Of a stretch of DNA of 50,098 nucleotides, positions 27,101-38,228 are shown piece by piece. The stretch is taken from NCBI GenBank assembly GCA_010093705.1, contig MU006089.1, positions 1,004,157 through 1,054,254 on the forward strand, written 5' to 3'. Every line of letters starts with the position of its first letter. Positions within the stretch are counted from its first letter, which is position 1. Below the pieces are notes generated by a model. The model made no database searches. It was not told the origin of the DNA and saw nothing but the letters and a program-made list of their open reading frames with translations. Both the position numbers and the translations under genes were made by a program. This DNA comes from Patellaria atrata CBS 101060. Taxonomy: Eukaryota.

Positions 27101-30100
27101 CACGCAGTCGTTGTCATGCCAAAGAAGGGACCATGCTCGAAACGTCTGGTAGCCGTTGTAGCTTTCAACGGCGAGGAAGGCGAAGATACGTCGCTCACTG
27201 CTGGTGAAGGCGCACTTGTTTGCGAAGAGAATCAATCGAAATCAACATTGACCAAGCTTTCTAAAGCCAGACGCAACGTGGCTGACCATCTTCCGCCATA
27301 CATGGTTCCTACCGTATGGGTACCAGTCAATGCGATTCCCCTTCTTGTATCTGGTAAATTAGACAGGAAGCAAGTTGAGCGCTGGGTGATCTCTATGGAT
27401 GAGACAACCTATGATCGCGTCATGGGCTACGAGGAAGACGAAGATTCGGCCGCTCCGACAACTGCCACTTCCAAACTTCTGCAGACTATCTGGTCTAAGG
27501 TCCTCAATATCCCCATCGAAAGGGTCAAACCCAACCGTTCGTTCATGCAACTTGGTGGTGACAGTATTACAGCCATGCAGGTTGTCGCAAGGTGCAGGAA
27601 GGAAAATATTACCAACCTTTCGCTCCATGACGTTCTTCGCAGCAAGGGGGTGGCGCAACTTGCACTAGTTGCTGGTACAGGCCATCAAATCTCATATCAA
27701 GAAGAGAAGGTTGATCAGGATTTCGAACTTTCACCGATTCAGCAATTGTATATGCAATGTGCTGGAAATCTTCCAAGGGGAGGCCATTTCAACCAGAGTT
27801 TCTCGCTCAAAATCACGCAGAAAGCAGAAGGTAAGACCGTGCTCCAGGCTATCAAGACGATCGTCTCTCAGCACAGTATGTTACGATCAAGATTCAGAAA
27901 ACAAGCCTCCGGCGAGTGGAGACAACGCATTACTACGGAAGTGGACTCTTCCTTCAGATTCCGAGAAATCAATGTTCCCTCCAAAGAGGAGATCATCCCA
28001 GGAGTCGAGGATAGCCAGAAATGTTTGGACGTAATCGAAGGACCTGTCTTTGCAGTCGATCTCTACAACATCAACGGCGGCGAACAAATGATTTTCCTAG
28101 CTGCCCACCATCTTATCATTGATATGGTGTCTTGGAGAGTCATTCTAGGAGATCTGGAGGAGTTTCTGAAAACAAACGCTCTCTCCGAAGAGAAGGGTTT
28201 GTCGTTCCAGACTTGGTTGTGCTTGCAACAGGACCGCGCCCAACGCATGGTCCAAAAGGGCAACAAGGTACTACCATTCAAGATTGCACCCGCGGAAATG
28301 GCTTTCTGGGGCATGGATACTACACCTAACACCTACGCCGATGTCATTTCTGAAGGCTTCGCCATGGACAAAGCATTGACGGAACCAGCGATCCAGGGCT
28401 GCCATTCCAGCTTGCGTACTGAGCCCATTGACCTGTTCTTAGCTGTGCTTTCACACGCTTTCAGTCGCATTTTCACCGACAGAAACACTCCAACCGTATA
28501 CAACGAAGGTCACGGACGTGAAGTCTGGGACACAAGCATCGATCTAACCCGCACCATCGGTTGGTTCACTACTATCTGCCCTGTTCACGTTCCCATTGAC
28601 AGAGAAGAGGACGATGTGGTAGAGACTGTGCGCAGAATGAAGGATCTTCGACGCCAAGTACCTGGCAATGGACGTGACTACTTCGCTCACCGTTACCTCA
28701 CAGCCGAAGGAAAATGGCAATTCGCCGATCACATGCCAATGGAAATCATCTTTAATTACCTTGGACGCATGCAGCAATTGGAGGCCGACGACTCTCTACT
28801 ACAGCAGATGGACTTCGTAGAGAAGAAGGAAGACCAGACACGCGTGTCCGACGTAGGTGCTAATACCCCGAGAATGGCACTTTTCGAAATCTCCACCGCT
28901 GTTATGGAAGATAAAATCCAATTCACGTTCTTGTTCAACAAGAAGATGAAGCATCAAGATCGTATCCGACAGTGGCTCAAGGAAACTGAGCGCCTCATGC
29001 GACAAGCAGTCAAGGGGCTCATGCGCGTTAAACCTGAGCCTACTCTGGCCGATTACCCACTATTGCCAATTACTTACGAGGGTATCAAGAAATTGGTCGA
29101 CGAGACCTTCCCCAAGCATGGAATTTCCCATCACGACGAAATCGAGGATATTTACCCATGTGCGCCAATGCAAGAAGGTCTCCTACTTGCTCAGCTCAAG
29201 GATCCCCGCGCATATCTATTTAATACAATCTTCGATCTCAGCTCACCCAAAGGAGAAAAGATTGATGGTAGGCGATTGCTGAAGGCGTGGCAAAAGGTTG
29301 TTGACCGGCACCCTGCCCTCAGAACTTTATTCGTTGATTCCGTCTACAAGGGCGGTGTCTTCGATCAGATTGTAATTGCACACGCCGAAAGCGGAGCCCT
29401 TTTCTACGAGTGCGAAAATTATGAGGAGGCGTTCAAGAAACTCGACAACATCCATCTTACAGAGACCCAGTACCTCGAGCATCCAAGACTCCCTCATCAG
29501 TTCACTGCGTGCCAGACAAAAGATGGTCAAGTTTTGATGAAGCTTGAGATCAATCACGCAGTCATTGACGGTGGATCTGCTTCCAATCTGCTGCATGACA
29601 TAGCTGCTGCCTATGAAGACCGCTTAACTCCTGGCTCTGGACCTCTTTACAGCGATTATATTTCATACATTAGAAGCGGCCCTCCAAGTGCTGACGTCAA
29701 GTTCTGGAAGGAATATCTCTACGAACTTCAACCATGCTACTTCCCTGTCATCAACACTGCACAGGATGCGTTGGAGCAGAAACGCCTCGCTTCCGTGGCG
29801 ATCAAATTTGATCGATTCGCAGAGCTACAAACTCTTTGTGAAAACCGAAAGGTTACCATGTCCAACATTATGCAAGCTACTTGGGCAATGATCCTACGCA
29901 AGTACACAGGGGCTCAAGATGTCTGCTTCGGGTATCTTACATCAGGCCGTGACGTTGATGTGAAAGGTATCCAGGAAGCTGTCGGAGCTTTCATTAACAT
30001 GTTGGTCTGTCGCGTTCAATTCACTGCTTCTGCAACACTCGCGGACGTTTTTCAGAGAGTGCAAAACGACTTCTTGGACTCCCTCCCTTATCAGCATTGT

Positions 30101-32998
30101 TCCTTGGCTCAAGTCCAGCATGATCTTGGACTTGCTGGTAAACCACTCTTCAATACCGCCGTTTCTATCCAGAATCACTCCATGGCCAGTGACGCCGCCG
30201 AGGAGACAATTATCTTCGAGCCTACATCCGCTCACGATCCTAGCGAAGTAAGATACCAATTCTACTTATATAATGACCAGTTTCTAATCATATTTTAGTA
30301 CGTCTTGACCGTCAATATTGAGACAGCGCGTAACGATGAGGGTGTCGTCTTCCGATACTGGACAAATATCGTTTCAGACGCACAAGCAGAACAAATTGCT
30401 GCTGATTTTGCACAGGTGCTTTCAGGCATCATTGATGAGCCAGACCAAGCGGTCATTCAAGTAGGAAAACCACAAGAAGTCAAGATGGAGCAGGTACAAG
30501 TACCAGAAAAGACTCCTGTAGTCGGAATGGACGCTTTCGAAATGACTGCGTTGTTGAGGAGTATTGTGAAGGAGTGTGTTGGTGAAGTCATTCAACAGAT
30601 GTTCAAGGATGGAGAATTAGTGAGATACAACAAAGGTGGAGTCAATGATATTGGCGAAGAGATTGGCGAAAAGATTGAAAGGACGGCGATAAAGAGAGTG
30701 CAGACTATCAAGCCCGAGGAGGAGCAGCATCAGCAGCAGCAGCAGGAGATCAAAGCAGTGGAACCAATCCCACCAACTACCGTCGAGATAGAACCTCGTG
30801 ATGTCGATGATCTAAGGAAGAAGGTCGCGTCACTTTGGAGTACCGTCCTGGAAGTACCTGAAGCGACGATTGAGAACGACGACAGCTTCTTCGCGGCAGG
30901 AGGTGATTCAATCCTCGCGATGAATATGGTAGGTATGGCTCGCGAGCAAGGTCTGCCTATGATTGTTGCAGATATCTTCCGTAATCCGGTTTTCGAAGAA
31001 CTCGTCAATGCCGTCGCAAATAATCAACTGGACGAACTAGCGGAGTCGGGTGCCACTGCGCAAGCAGTCATCGACTTGGTCAACGATCAGAAACCCGTCA
31101 CGACTGTTGTGAAGCTCGAACACAAGTCTTACGAGCCATTCTCTCTGCTCCGTACGAACCAAGTCGAGGACTTCCTTCAAGATCACATTTGCCCTAGGAT
31201 CCACGTTTTCCGAGGTGGAGTTGCAGATGTATACCCTGTGACTGACTTCCAAGGCCTTGCAGTTACAGGAGCACTCCTCGAATCTAAATGGATGCTTAAC
31301 TGCTTCTACTTGGAAGGAAATGGTGATGTTGATGTGGCTAAACTGAAGCGCAGCCTTTACCGTGTTGTTGAATCATTCGACATCCTGCGTACAGTATTCC
31401 TTTCCCACGAAGACCAATTCCTTCAAGTTGTTCTTCGACATCTCAAGCCAGAATTCTCCGTGGTCGACACAGATCAAGACTTGGCAGAGTTCACGTCCGA
31501 GCTATATCAAGCCAGTCGCAAGAACAGTCCTAAGATGGGAGAGTCGTACGTCCAGTTCACCTTAGTCAAACACAAGGGATCCAAACAGCACCGCATCCTT
31601 ATGCGCATCTCTCACGCTCAATACGACGGTGTTTGCTTGCCGAGAATCCTCATGGCACTCCAAGAAGCGTATGTTGGTAATTCTATTCCTTCAACGCCAC
31701 CGTTCGCGACATTCGTCAGGAGCTCAACGGGAGAGGCGTCAGATGCTAGCTTCAAATACTGGAAGAATCTCCTACAAGGCTCGAAGATGACCAACATCAT
31801 TCAACGTCCTGGTCCCAACTATACTGTCAGCGCAACTACCACTATCAAGCGTGTTGCTACTCTTCCCTCTCTGTCGTCAGTCAACGTCACCCCTGCGACG
31901 GTAATCAAAGCTGCATGGGCTGTGACTCTTGCACAGCTTTCCGCCAACTCGGATATCGTCTTTGGACACGTTATCAGCGGAAGAAATGCCAACGTGTCGG
32001 GTGTCGACAAGATTGTTGGACCTTGCTTGAACATGGTTCCGGTTAGAGTCAAATTCCAACCATCATGGACGGTACTCGATCTTCTTCGCTTCGTCCAGGA
32101 CCAACAAATCTCTAACATGCCATTTGAGTCGCTCGGATTCCGTGAAATCACCAAACACTGCACTGAATGGCCAGACTGGACAACATTCACTTCGGTCGTT
32201 CAGCACCAAAATATTGAACAGGGCGGCACTGTCTCATTGGGTACCAACGAATACACTCTTGGTGCCCTCGGATCCCAGGACGACTTCGCAGATTTCACCA
32301 TCGTCTCAACGCCTGTGTTAGGCGAACCTGATCGCATCGAAATCTGCTTGAGCTATCCACAAAATCCTTCAGTGACTGCCACATTTGCCAACAACCTTCT
32401 CGACACTCTCTGCGACCTCGCCAGCAAATTCGCCGAGGAACCATCCGCAGATCTCCCATCTCCAACAGAGTTTGACATGATGAAGAAGAACACTCTGAAG
32501 GACACTATGGAGAAGCCGGCCACAACGGCAGCGACAGCCGATCTTACTGGTTTAAGCAAAGAGGAGCTTTTATCACTTTCCAATACCCTCACCCGCGCTT
32601 GGTCAGCAGTCCTCCGGGACGAAAAGGGTGGCTACGTTACCATCTACCCCACATCATCATTCTACGAGCTTGGAGGAGACATCATGGATCTCGCTCGTGT
32701 CGCTCAGCTTTTGGCACAGGATGGTTTCTACATCCGTATTGAGGATCTGGTCGACCACCCGATCATGCTCGAGCAGTTGGCTCTTCTCTCTCTTGCGAAT
32801 GCTGGTGAGAAGGAGAAGGAGAAGGAGTTGGACTTGTTCCATAGCAATTCGTCGTCGAGTACGCTACAGGAGCCGGAACATATTGTTGTGAGGCAGAATA
32901 GCAAGGAGGGTCTTTGGGCCAAGAGTGTGGGACGGTTTGCGAAGAAGTTTACTAGAAAGAGGTCGGATAGGGAGGTCCCTAGAGCATTGGATGTTTGA
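9143..32998 (+). CDS. Multimodular non-ribosomal peptide synthetase, NPS4/NRPS4/Pes1/HcpA-like, 5 A domains, ~7,891 aa
   Basis: Exons 9143-9658, 9716-14806, 14879-30247 and 30299-32998 join in frame (introns 9659-9715, 14807-14878, 30248-30298). Five A domains carry (F/Y)TSG(S/T)TGxPK, YGP(S/T)E, YxTGDL and SGKLDR. T motifs: SGDS ~11666, GGDS ~16352, GGDS ~19607, SGDS ~24284, GGDS ~27554, GGDS ~30899, GGDI ~32672. E domains: HHLCID ~12212, HHLSID ~20156, HHLIID ~28106, each with NEGHGRE and RTxGWFT. C domains: GHTIMDG, HHALYDG, SHAISDG, HHALYDG, NHAVIDG and terminal SHAQYDG ~31610. Confidence 0.97.
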
Positions 32999-33137
32999 GA
33001 TGGTGTATGGGATATAGTATAGTACATCTATTTTGTTTTTCATTCGGAGGGTTTTCTTGTCACTTGGCGCATCGGATGGGTTGTACAGTACACGGTTTGG
33101 ATCTTTCGCTCATATAATTTCATATCACTTTTCCTAT

Positions 33138-33203
33138 GTATGGGGTCTAGGTATGGGTATAGGTTTGGGTTCGGTTACGGATATGGGTTTCGTATGGGTC
33201 TGG
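33138..33203. repeat. Degenerate G-rich 11-13-bp tandem repeat (GTATGGGT...) downstream of the NRPS stop
   Basis: Units GTATGGGGTCTAG, GTATGGGTATAG, GTTTGGGTTCG, ATATGGGTTTC, GTATGGGTCTG. Confidence 0.6.
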
Positions 33204-33383
33204 TTGTACTCTCACTATGTTCACTAGTATAGATCTCTTTATAGTAGCAACATATGCTCTTCTAGTCATAATTGTCCCATCCTGTGCAGCCTTAAGTGAT
33301 TTCTACATTAATAACAGCTAAATAATACCTCTTCCCATACAAGACTACCTACTCAGCCGGTGACATTACCTTACTGTTACCAT

Positions 33384-33501
33384 TTAGTCATACTCATATT
33401 TCAAGCGGGGTAGGTGCTGAAAACAGCATATACTCCGAAATCGGTGAGGTGGGGGTCAAACTGAACTATACAAACAGTGACGAACAGACGCGAAGAGTCA
33501 T
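33384..33501. promoter_or_regulatory. Candidate Gcn4/CpcA (bZIP) sites upstream of SER1
   Basis: TTAGTCA at 33384-33390 and GAGTCAT at 33495-33501 (reverse complement ATGACTC), 100-210 bp upstream of an amino-acid biosynthetic gene. The motifs are short and could occur by chance. Confidence 0.4.
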
Positions 33502-33596
33502 GCACCCAGAAGAAACTTACACCATATATAGTTTTCATACTTTCACAAACCCCCCAATTTCTTCTCAAATACTCCAATTCTCGCTCAGCACCAACC

Positions 33597-34946
33597 ATGC
33601 CTTCCCGCTCCGAAATTCACTACTTCGGCGCTGGACCCGCCCCGCTCCCAACCCCTATCATCGAAGCCGGGGCCGCTGCGTTCCAAAACTACAAGGACAA
33701 AGGCATTGGTATTGCGGAGATCTCGCACCGCTCTGCGGATGCCAATGAGGTCCTTGCTCAGACCAAGGAGGCATTAGCCACATTACTAGATATCCCCACC
33801 GGAGATGATGGCTATGAGATCTTGTTCTTACAAGGGGGTGGGAGCGGCGAGTTCAGCGCTGTGGTGTATAACTTGGTGTCAGTATGGGTGGAGAGGAGGA
33901 GACAGAGGATTGCGCAGGAGCTTGGAGATAACGAGGAGCAAGTGTTGGAGAGGTTGAGGGAGGAGGTGCAAAAGGAGTTGATGCTGGATTATCTCGTTAC
34001 AGGGTCCTGGTCCCTGAAGGCGTCGCAGGAGGCTGCGAGACTCGTAGGCTCGGAGTATGTGAACGTGGCACTCGATGCTCGGAAGGTGAATGGCGGGAAA
34101 TTCGGTGATATTCCCGCCGAGAGCGAGTGGAACCTCACGTTGTCAAAGGGTAAAGGGCCAGGTGCCGCCTTGACCTACTACTGTGACAATGAGACCGTCG
34201 ATGGAGTCGAGTTCCCTGGGTTCCCGGCCGTGTTGGAACCTAAAGGCGATGATAACCCCATTGTCGTGGCAGACATGTCATCGAACTTCATCAGTCGCCG
34301 CGTCAACGTGCGGAACTACAGCGTCATCTTTGGCGGTGCACAGAAGAACGTCGGTGTGACCGGTATCACGATCACGATCGTGAAGAAGAGTCTACTACCG
34401 CCACATTCCAAGCATGCAGACCCGGCGCTGTTGAGAAAGCTGGGTTTGCCTGTTGGGCCAATCGTGCTGGACTGGCCTACTATCGCGAAGAACAACTCGT
34501 TGTATAACACGCTACCAATCTTTGATGTGTGGATTGCGGGCCAGGTCATGAGACGGCTGCTGGATATGTATGGAACGGAGAAGATCCAGGGGCAGGAGAA
34601 GGTCTCGGGCACTAAGGCGGAGATGATATACAGAGTGTTGGAGAAGTATCCGGATACGTACCATATTGTACCTGTTAAGGCTATTAGAAGTCGGATGAAT
34701 ATCTGCTTTAGGGTGGGAGGAGGAGATGACGCCAAAGAGAAGGAGTTCCTGGCTGGTGCTGAGAAAAGGGGTTTGCAGGGCCTAAAGGGCCATCGTAGTG
34801 TCGGAGGCATCAGAGCTAGTAATTGTAAGTTCTCAACTTCCAGGTAATGCCTGGGTATAACTAACAATTGGATAGACAATGCTGTGGAGCTGGAGGGGGC
34901 GCAGAAGTTGGTCCAGTATCTGGAGGACTTTGCGAAAGGGACATGA
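33597..34946 (+). CDS. SER1: Phosphoserine aminotransferase (class V PLP enzyme)
   Basis: True start MPSRSEIHYFGAGPA at 33597. Motifs EISHRS, FLQGGG, TGSWS, NETVDG, DMSS, GAQKN (PLP lysine), YNT, RSRMN and GHRSVGGIRAS are present. Intron 34825-34875 (GTAAGT...CTAAC...TAG) gives the C-terminus YNAVELEGAQKLVQYLEDFAKGT*. Confidence 0.96.
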
Positions 34947-36880
34947 GTGCCAACGTCCAGAAAAGTGAAATTCTGCATATTCTTTTCGTGTATATCTTCA
35001 ACACACAATACCCAGAGCTCAACGCTACATATTCCGGCAAGCTTTCTGGGCAATGTGAACCAATTGACAAGTGCTAATCGACCGACTGGACGCCTATCCC
35101 CATTTCTGCCTTAACCCCGATCAAGACAGACCCACAGTAACAAGGCTACTCCCGAGCCCGAAAATTACATAGATCAGAAATCGGTCGATCAGCTGGGAAT
35201 GTCAGTCAAGCGTTTTCACTTCTATAAAATCACTTCCTCACTCGCTAGCACACTGACAGTCCGGAATCCTTTCCAGTTGACCGCTTAGTGTCTTACAAGT
35301 GATATCCTCTGCCCTCATCCCTCGCCGAAATGCTGGTGGGTATCCATCTGAGCCAATTCTCATATGCCCTAGGCAGGAGATTACTGTGAATTGAGTCTGC
35401 GATGATACCCTCAGTTGTGAATGTGAACGAATTGGATTAGTCGCCGAATCTTGCTACGAGAGTGAGCCCAATGCACGTGTTTCAGCCGCCCTTGCGTCGT
35501 ACCATACTCTCAGCCATGCGAGATATGCTAACTGAACCAGAATAGACAGGCCTTGCCGAGGGATAGTGGCGTAGAGAAGTACAATGCCGATCTTCAACTC
35601 ATACGAACGATCCGAGACCGAGAGAGAATTTGGCTTGAATGTATAGTATGACGATGTCTGAGACGGCAGTTTATCTCGACGAAGAGATACTTGTTTACGC
35701 TGTGGAAGGCGCTGGGTGTTCATAAAGGATACTGGGGGTGCTCTGCTGGAGATGCTCGGACGGAAGACAGTTAAAGACTATCTTCCCCGAAGCAAAGAAA
35801 AATTTCGTCATTACGAAAGAGCCCACTAGAGCGAGATTGAAATGCGCTTTCCCTTCCTCCATGCGGTGTGTCTTCCCCTTGGTATCGGCGCCGTCCCAGC
35901 CCTAGAGCCGCGGAAGTGTCCAGTAATGACTTGTGCGACGTCGACGGATGTGTGCGGAGATGTCTACGGAGGGTAAGTTCTCTGACGTCCCTTCGTAAGT
36001 AGATAAGAAACGATAGGACTGACACTTAGTAGCTGCTATGATAAGTGTAAAGGCGACATTAAATACTTCTATCTGCCGCCTGCTTGCGCCACACCTCACG
36101 GCTTGGAGAACGCTGGCGTCCTACATCCGACGTTAACAGCAGTGCCCTTTATAGAGACGCTATGTGAGCTGGGCAAGCAGACCATCTGTGTTGATGTGAT
36201 CAATTCGTGCGGGATCCGATATGGAGGGTAAGAACCTTTAGTCCTTGCGGTCGCTTTTAGAGAGTATCCCAAGGGAGGCGGATGTATTGGTAATTTTGAG
36301 CGTATCGACTGACTGAGCATCTTATAGGTGCCATGATAAATGAGAGATAGATTCAATAACGCCACCTCCTTGCCCAACAACGGACCCTGTCGCGAGAGAT
36401 ACGCTGCCCGAGCCGACGGCGACGGGAGATACGCAGCTGGAAGTACAGCTGAATAGTATGCTAGTGACGCCCGTTATGCCCGTTGCGACGGTCACTAAGG
36501 TCCCGGACGTTATCGTGAGGGTGATGATTAAATGAGTTGATGTGAGCGTTTTGCGGTCCATGCGAGGAGTTGTAGGTTGTGATCCTATGGGTAATATTCT
36601 TCATGTGGATATGAAAGCTCAAGATGAGAAAGAGGGAAAGGGATGGACGTGGTATGTCCAGTTATGATTGACGATAGTATATTCCACGAATAGATATATC
36701 CTATAGTTGTTTTCTTAGCGTTGAATCTCAGAAGTCTAAAGTCACGTCTTACCCTTTGGTCACGTTTCTGACTCCCTTCTCCGTTTTCTGTGACAACTTT
36801 CGACGAACTCCCCCTTCCCGTAAACAAACATCACTCGTGCACCTTATTATTCCTAAGTTCCTGCCCCACCTTCGAATCAT

Positions 36881-36972
36881 GGGGCTTTGGCCCAGCGGTA
36901 GTACGCGGTACTTACGCTCAAATCAACCTCCTACGTTGCAGATGGTCGTGGGTTCATCCCCCGTAGCAGCCG
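36881..36972 (+). pseudogene. Degenerate tRNA-like sequence (pseudo-tRNA or tRNA-derived SINE head), anticodon position reads TAC (Val)
   Basis: A-box TGGCCCAGCGG at canonical position 8 (36888-36898), CT-TAC-G at canonical anticodon-loop spacing (36911-36916), T-arm GTGGG-TTCATCC-CCCGT (36948-36964), then AGCAGCC-G. The acceptor, D and anticodon stems pair poorly, and the B-box lacks A58. Confidence 0.45.
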
Positions 36973-37100
36973 TCTGTGGCTGCTTAAGGACTCTCATTTG
37001 AGATTAAGGAAACGGGAGCTGCTCGCCCATAATCTCATGTTCGCCGCAGCAAATCAGTTCGCCTGGTTTCTGGGATCTCTCGAGGGATTTTCTTTTGCAA

Positions 37101-37206
37101 TTTTTCCTCTTTGGAAGTTCTTATGGATAGAGTTCTCACGAGTCCGTCCTCCTAGGAGCAGAGTTTTTTCTTTTTAAGTTCTTCAGGATAAAGGTCCTAG
37201 GAGTCC
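37101..37206. repeat. Degenerate direct repeat (two ~45-bp copies, ~62 bp apart)
   Basis: TTTTCCTCTTTGGAAGTTCTTATGGATAGAGTTCTCACGAGTCC versus TTTTTTCTTTTTAAGTTCTTCAGGATAAAGGTCCTAGGAGTCC. Confidence 0.55.
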
Positions 37207-37460
37207 TCCCAGTATTAAAGGCTTTTATTTTTGTAATGTTTTTCTTTGATTTCTGACTGTTCTGCTACAATTGAATTTGCCCGGATGTCCATTTCGCAGG
37301 TTGAGAGATTCCGTAAGGTCAAGTTTATGGATACCGCGGAGTCGACATGGATGATGGAGTCTTACTAGAGTGATGACTACTCTATCACACCGATGGTCTT
37401 ATTTGCAGGTTAACAGGACAAACGGACAATAAGGGCATGATATAGGGACGTATCCAACGT

Positions 37461-38228
37461 TCAACCCAGCTGACCAGCACTCTTAGGCCGCTTAATACTC
37501 TCAGACTTTAACAAAAGCTTCAACCTCCCTTCCGCCGTTTGGGGCATCTTTCTATTACCCGCAAACAACCCCGTCCACGACCACCACCCAGAACTACTAC
37601 TACTATGTTCCTCCCCCCTATCACGCACCTCCACGCCTCCATCGCACGCCGCGCTCCCAAGACTCACCATAACCTCCGCTCCTCCAAGATCGATACCCGC
37701 GGTATCCAGGGACAAATTTCTTCTCCCAACGCGCCGCGCCAATAGTCTCTGGGAAGCCGGCTCCTCAGTTGCTCCGATAGCTATGTTTGGCACCAGTGAT
37801 AGCTCTTCCGCGCTCTCTCGAGCTTCGGGCACACTCGCCAGTCCCAGTCCCACAATCTCCCCCGTCGGCGGTAGGTGCGCCGCATGCTGATTCGCCAGAC
37901 TCGTCCTGCTCCTCGCGCATATATCTGCGATGGCGTCGATGGCTGGGTCGGCTTCCGCACTCACTGCTTGCAGGATGTTTGCGAAAGAGAAGGCGGAGAG
38001 GGGTGGGAGGGAAGAGGGTAGAGCGCCATGTGAAGATGAGGTGGAACGTTGAGGGCGATGGCGCGGGGACGGAGCTGGAGGGTGGTACGCTCGTACTAAA
38101 ACGGGGGACGTGATGTTGGACGCGGTGGATCGCGTGGTGGGTTTGTTCGAGGTGAGAGTGTTGAGGTGGTGGAGTGCGGATGTGATCAGTGAATGCGACG
38201 CTTCCGCAAGTTCCTGATTTGGGGCCAT
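37461..38228 (-). CDS. Hypothetical protein, 255 aa, function unknown
   Basis: Intronless ATG-initiated ORF divergent from YJU2. Low-complexity S/P-rich segments flank a structured-looking core (LPPLSAFSFANIL...IDAIADICARSRTSLANQHAAHLPP) that I recall resembling Pezizomycotina hypothetical proteins; not verified by search. Confidence 0.75.
   Translation of the reverse strand: MAPNQELAEASHSLITSALHHLNTLTSNKPTTRSTASNITSPVLVRAYHPPAPSPRHRPQRSTSSSHGALPSSLPPLSAFSFANILQAVSAEADPAIDAIADICARSRTSLANQHAAHLPPTGEIVGLGLASVPEARESAEELSLVPNIAIGATEEPASQRLLARRVGRRNLSLDTAGIDLGGAEVMVSLGSAACDGGVEVRDRGEEHSSSSSGWWSWTGLFAGNRKMPQTAEGRLKLLLKSESIKRPKSAGQLG

Noticed and set aside
9143..32998. Treating the four large ORFs as separate NRPS genes or a pseudogene
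   Set aside because: Canonical introns with branch sites join them in frame; one split falls inside an A domain and another inside a C domain.
33477..33596. N-terminal extension of SER1 in the ORF track
   Set aside because: It starts at a non-ATG codon; family similarity begins at ATG 33597.
34316..35053. 245-aa antisense ORF over SER1, and other antisense ORFs within the NRPS, ADE6 and MCM7
   Set aside because: Shadow frames of the real coding strands.
36322..36561. 79-aa Ser/Thr/Val-rich minus-strand ORF
   Set aside because: Low complexity, with no clear signal peptide or family motif; cannot be supported without expression data.
36881..36972. Functional tRNA-Val(TAC) gene
   Set aside because: The acceptor, D and anticodon stems do not pair adequately and the T-loop lacks A58; kept only as a degenerate element.
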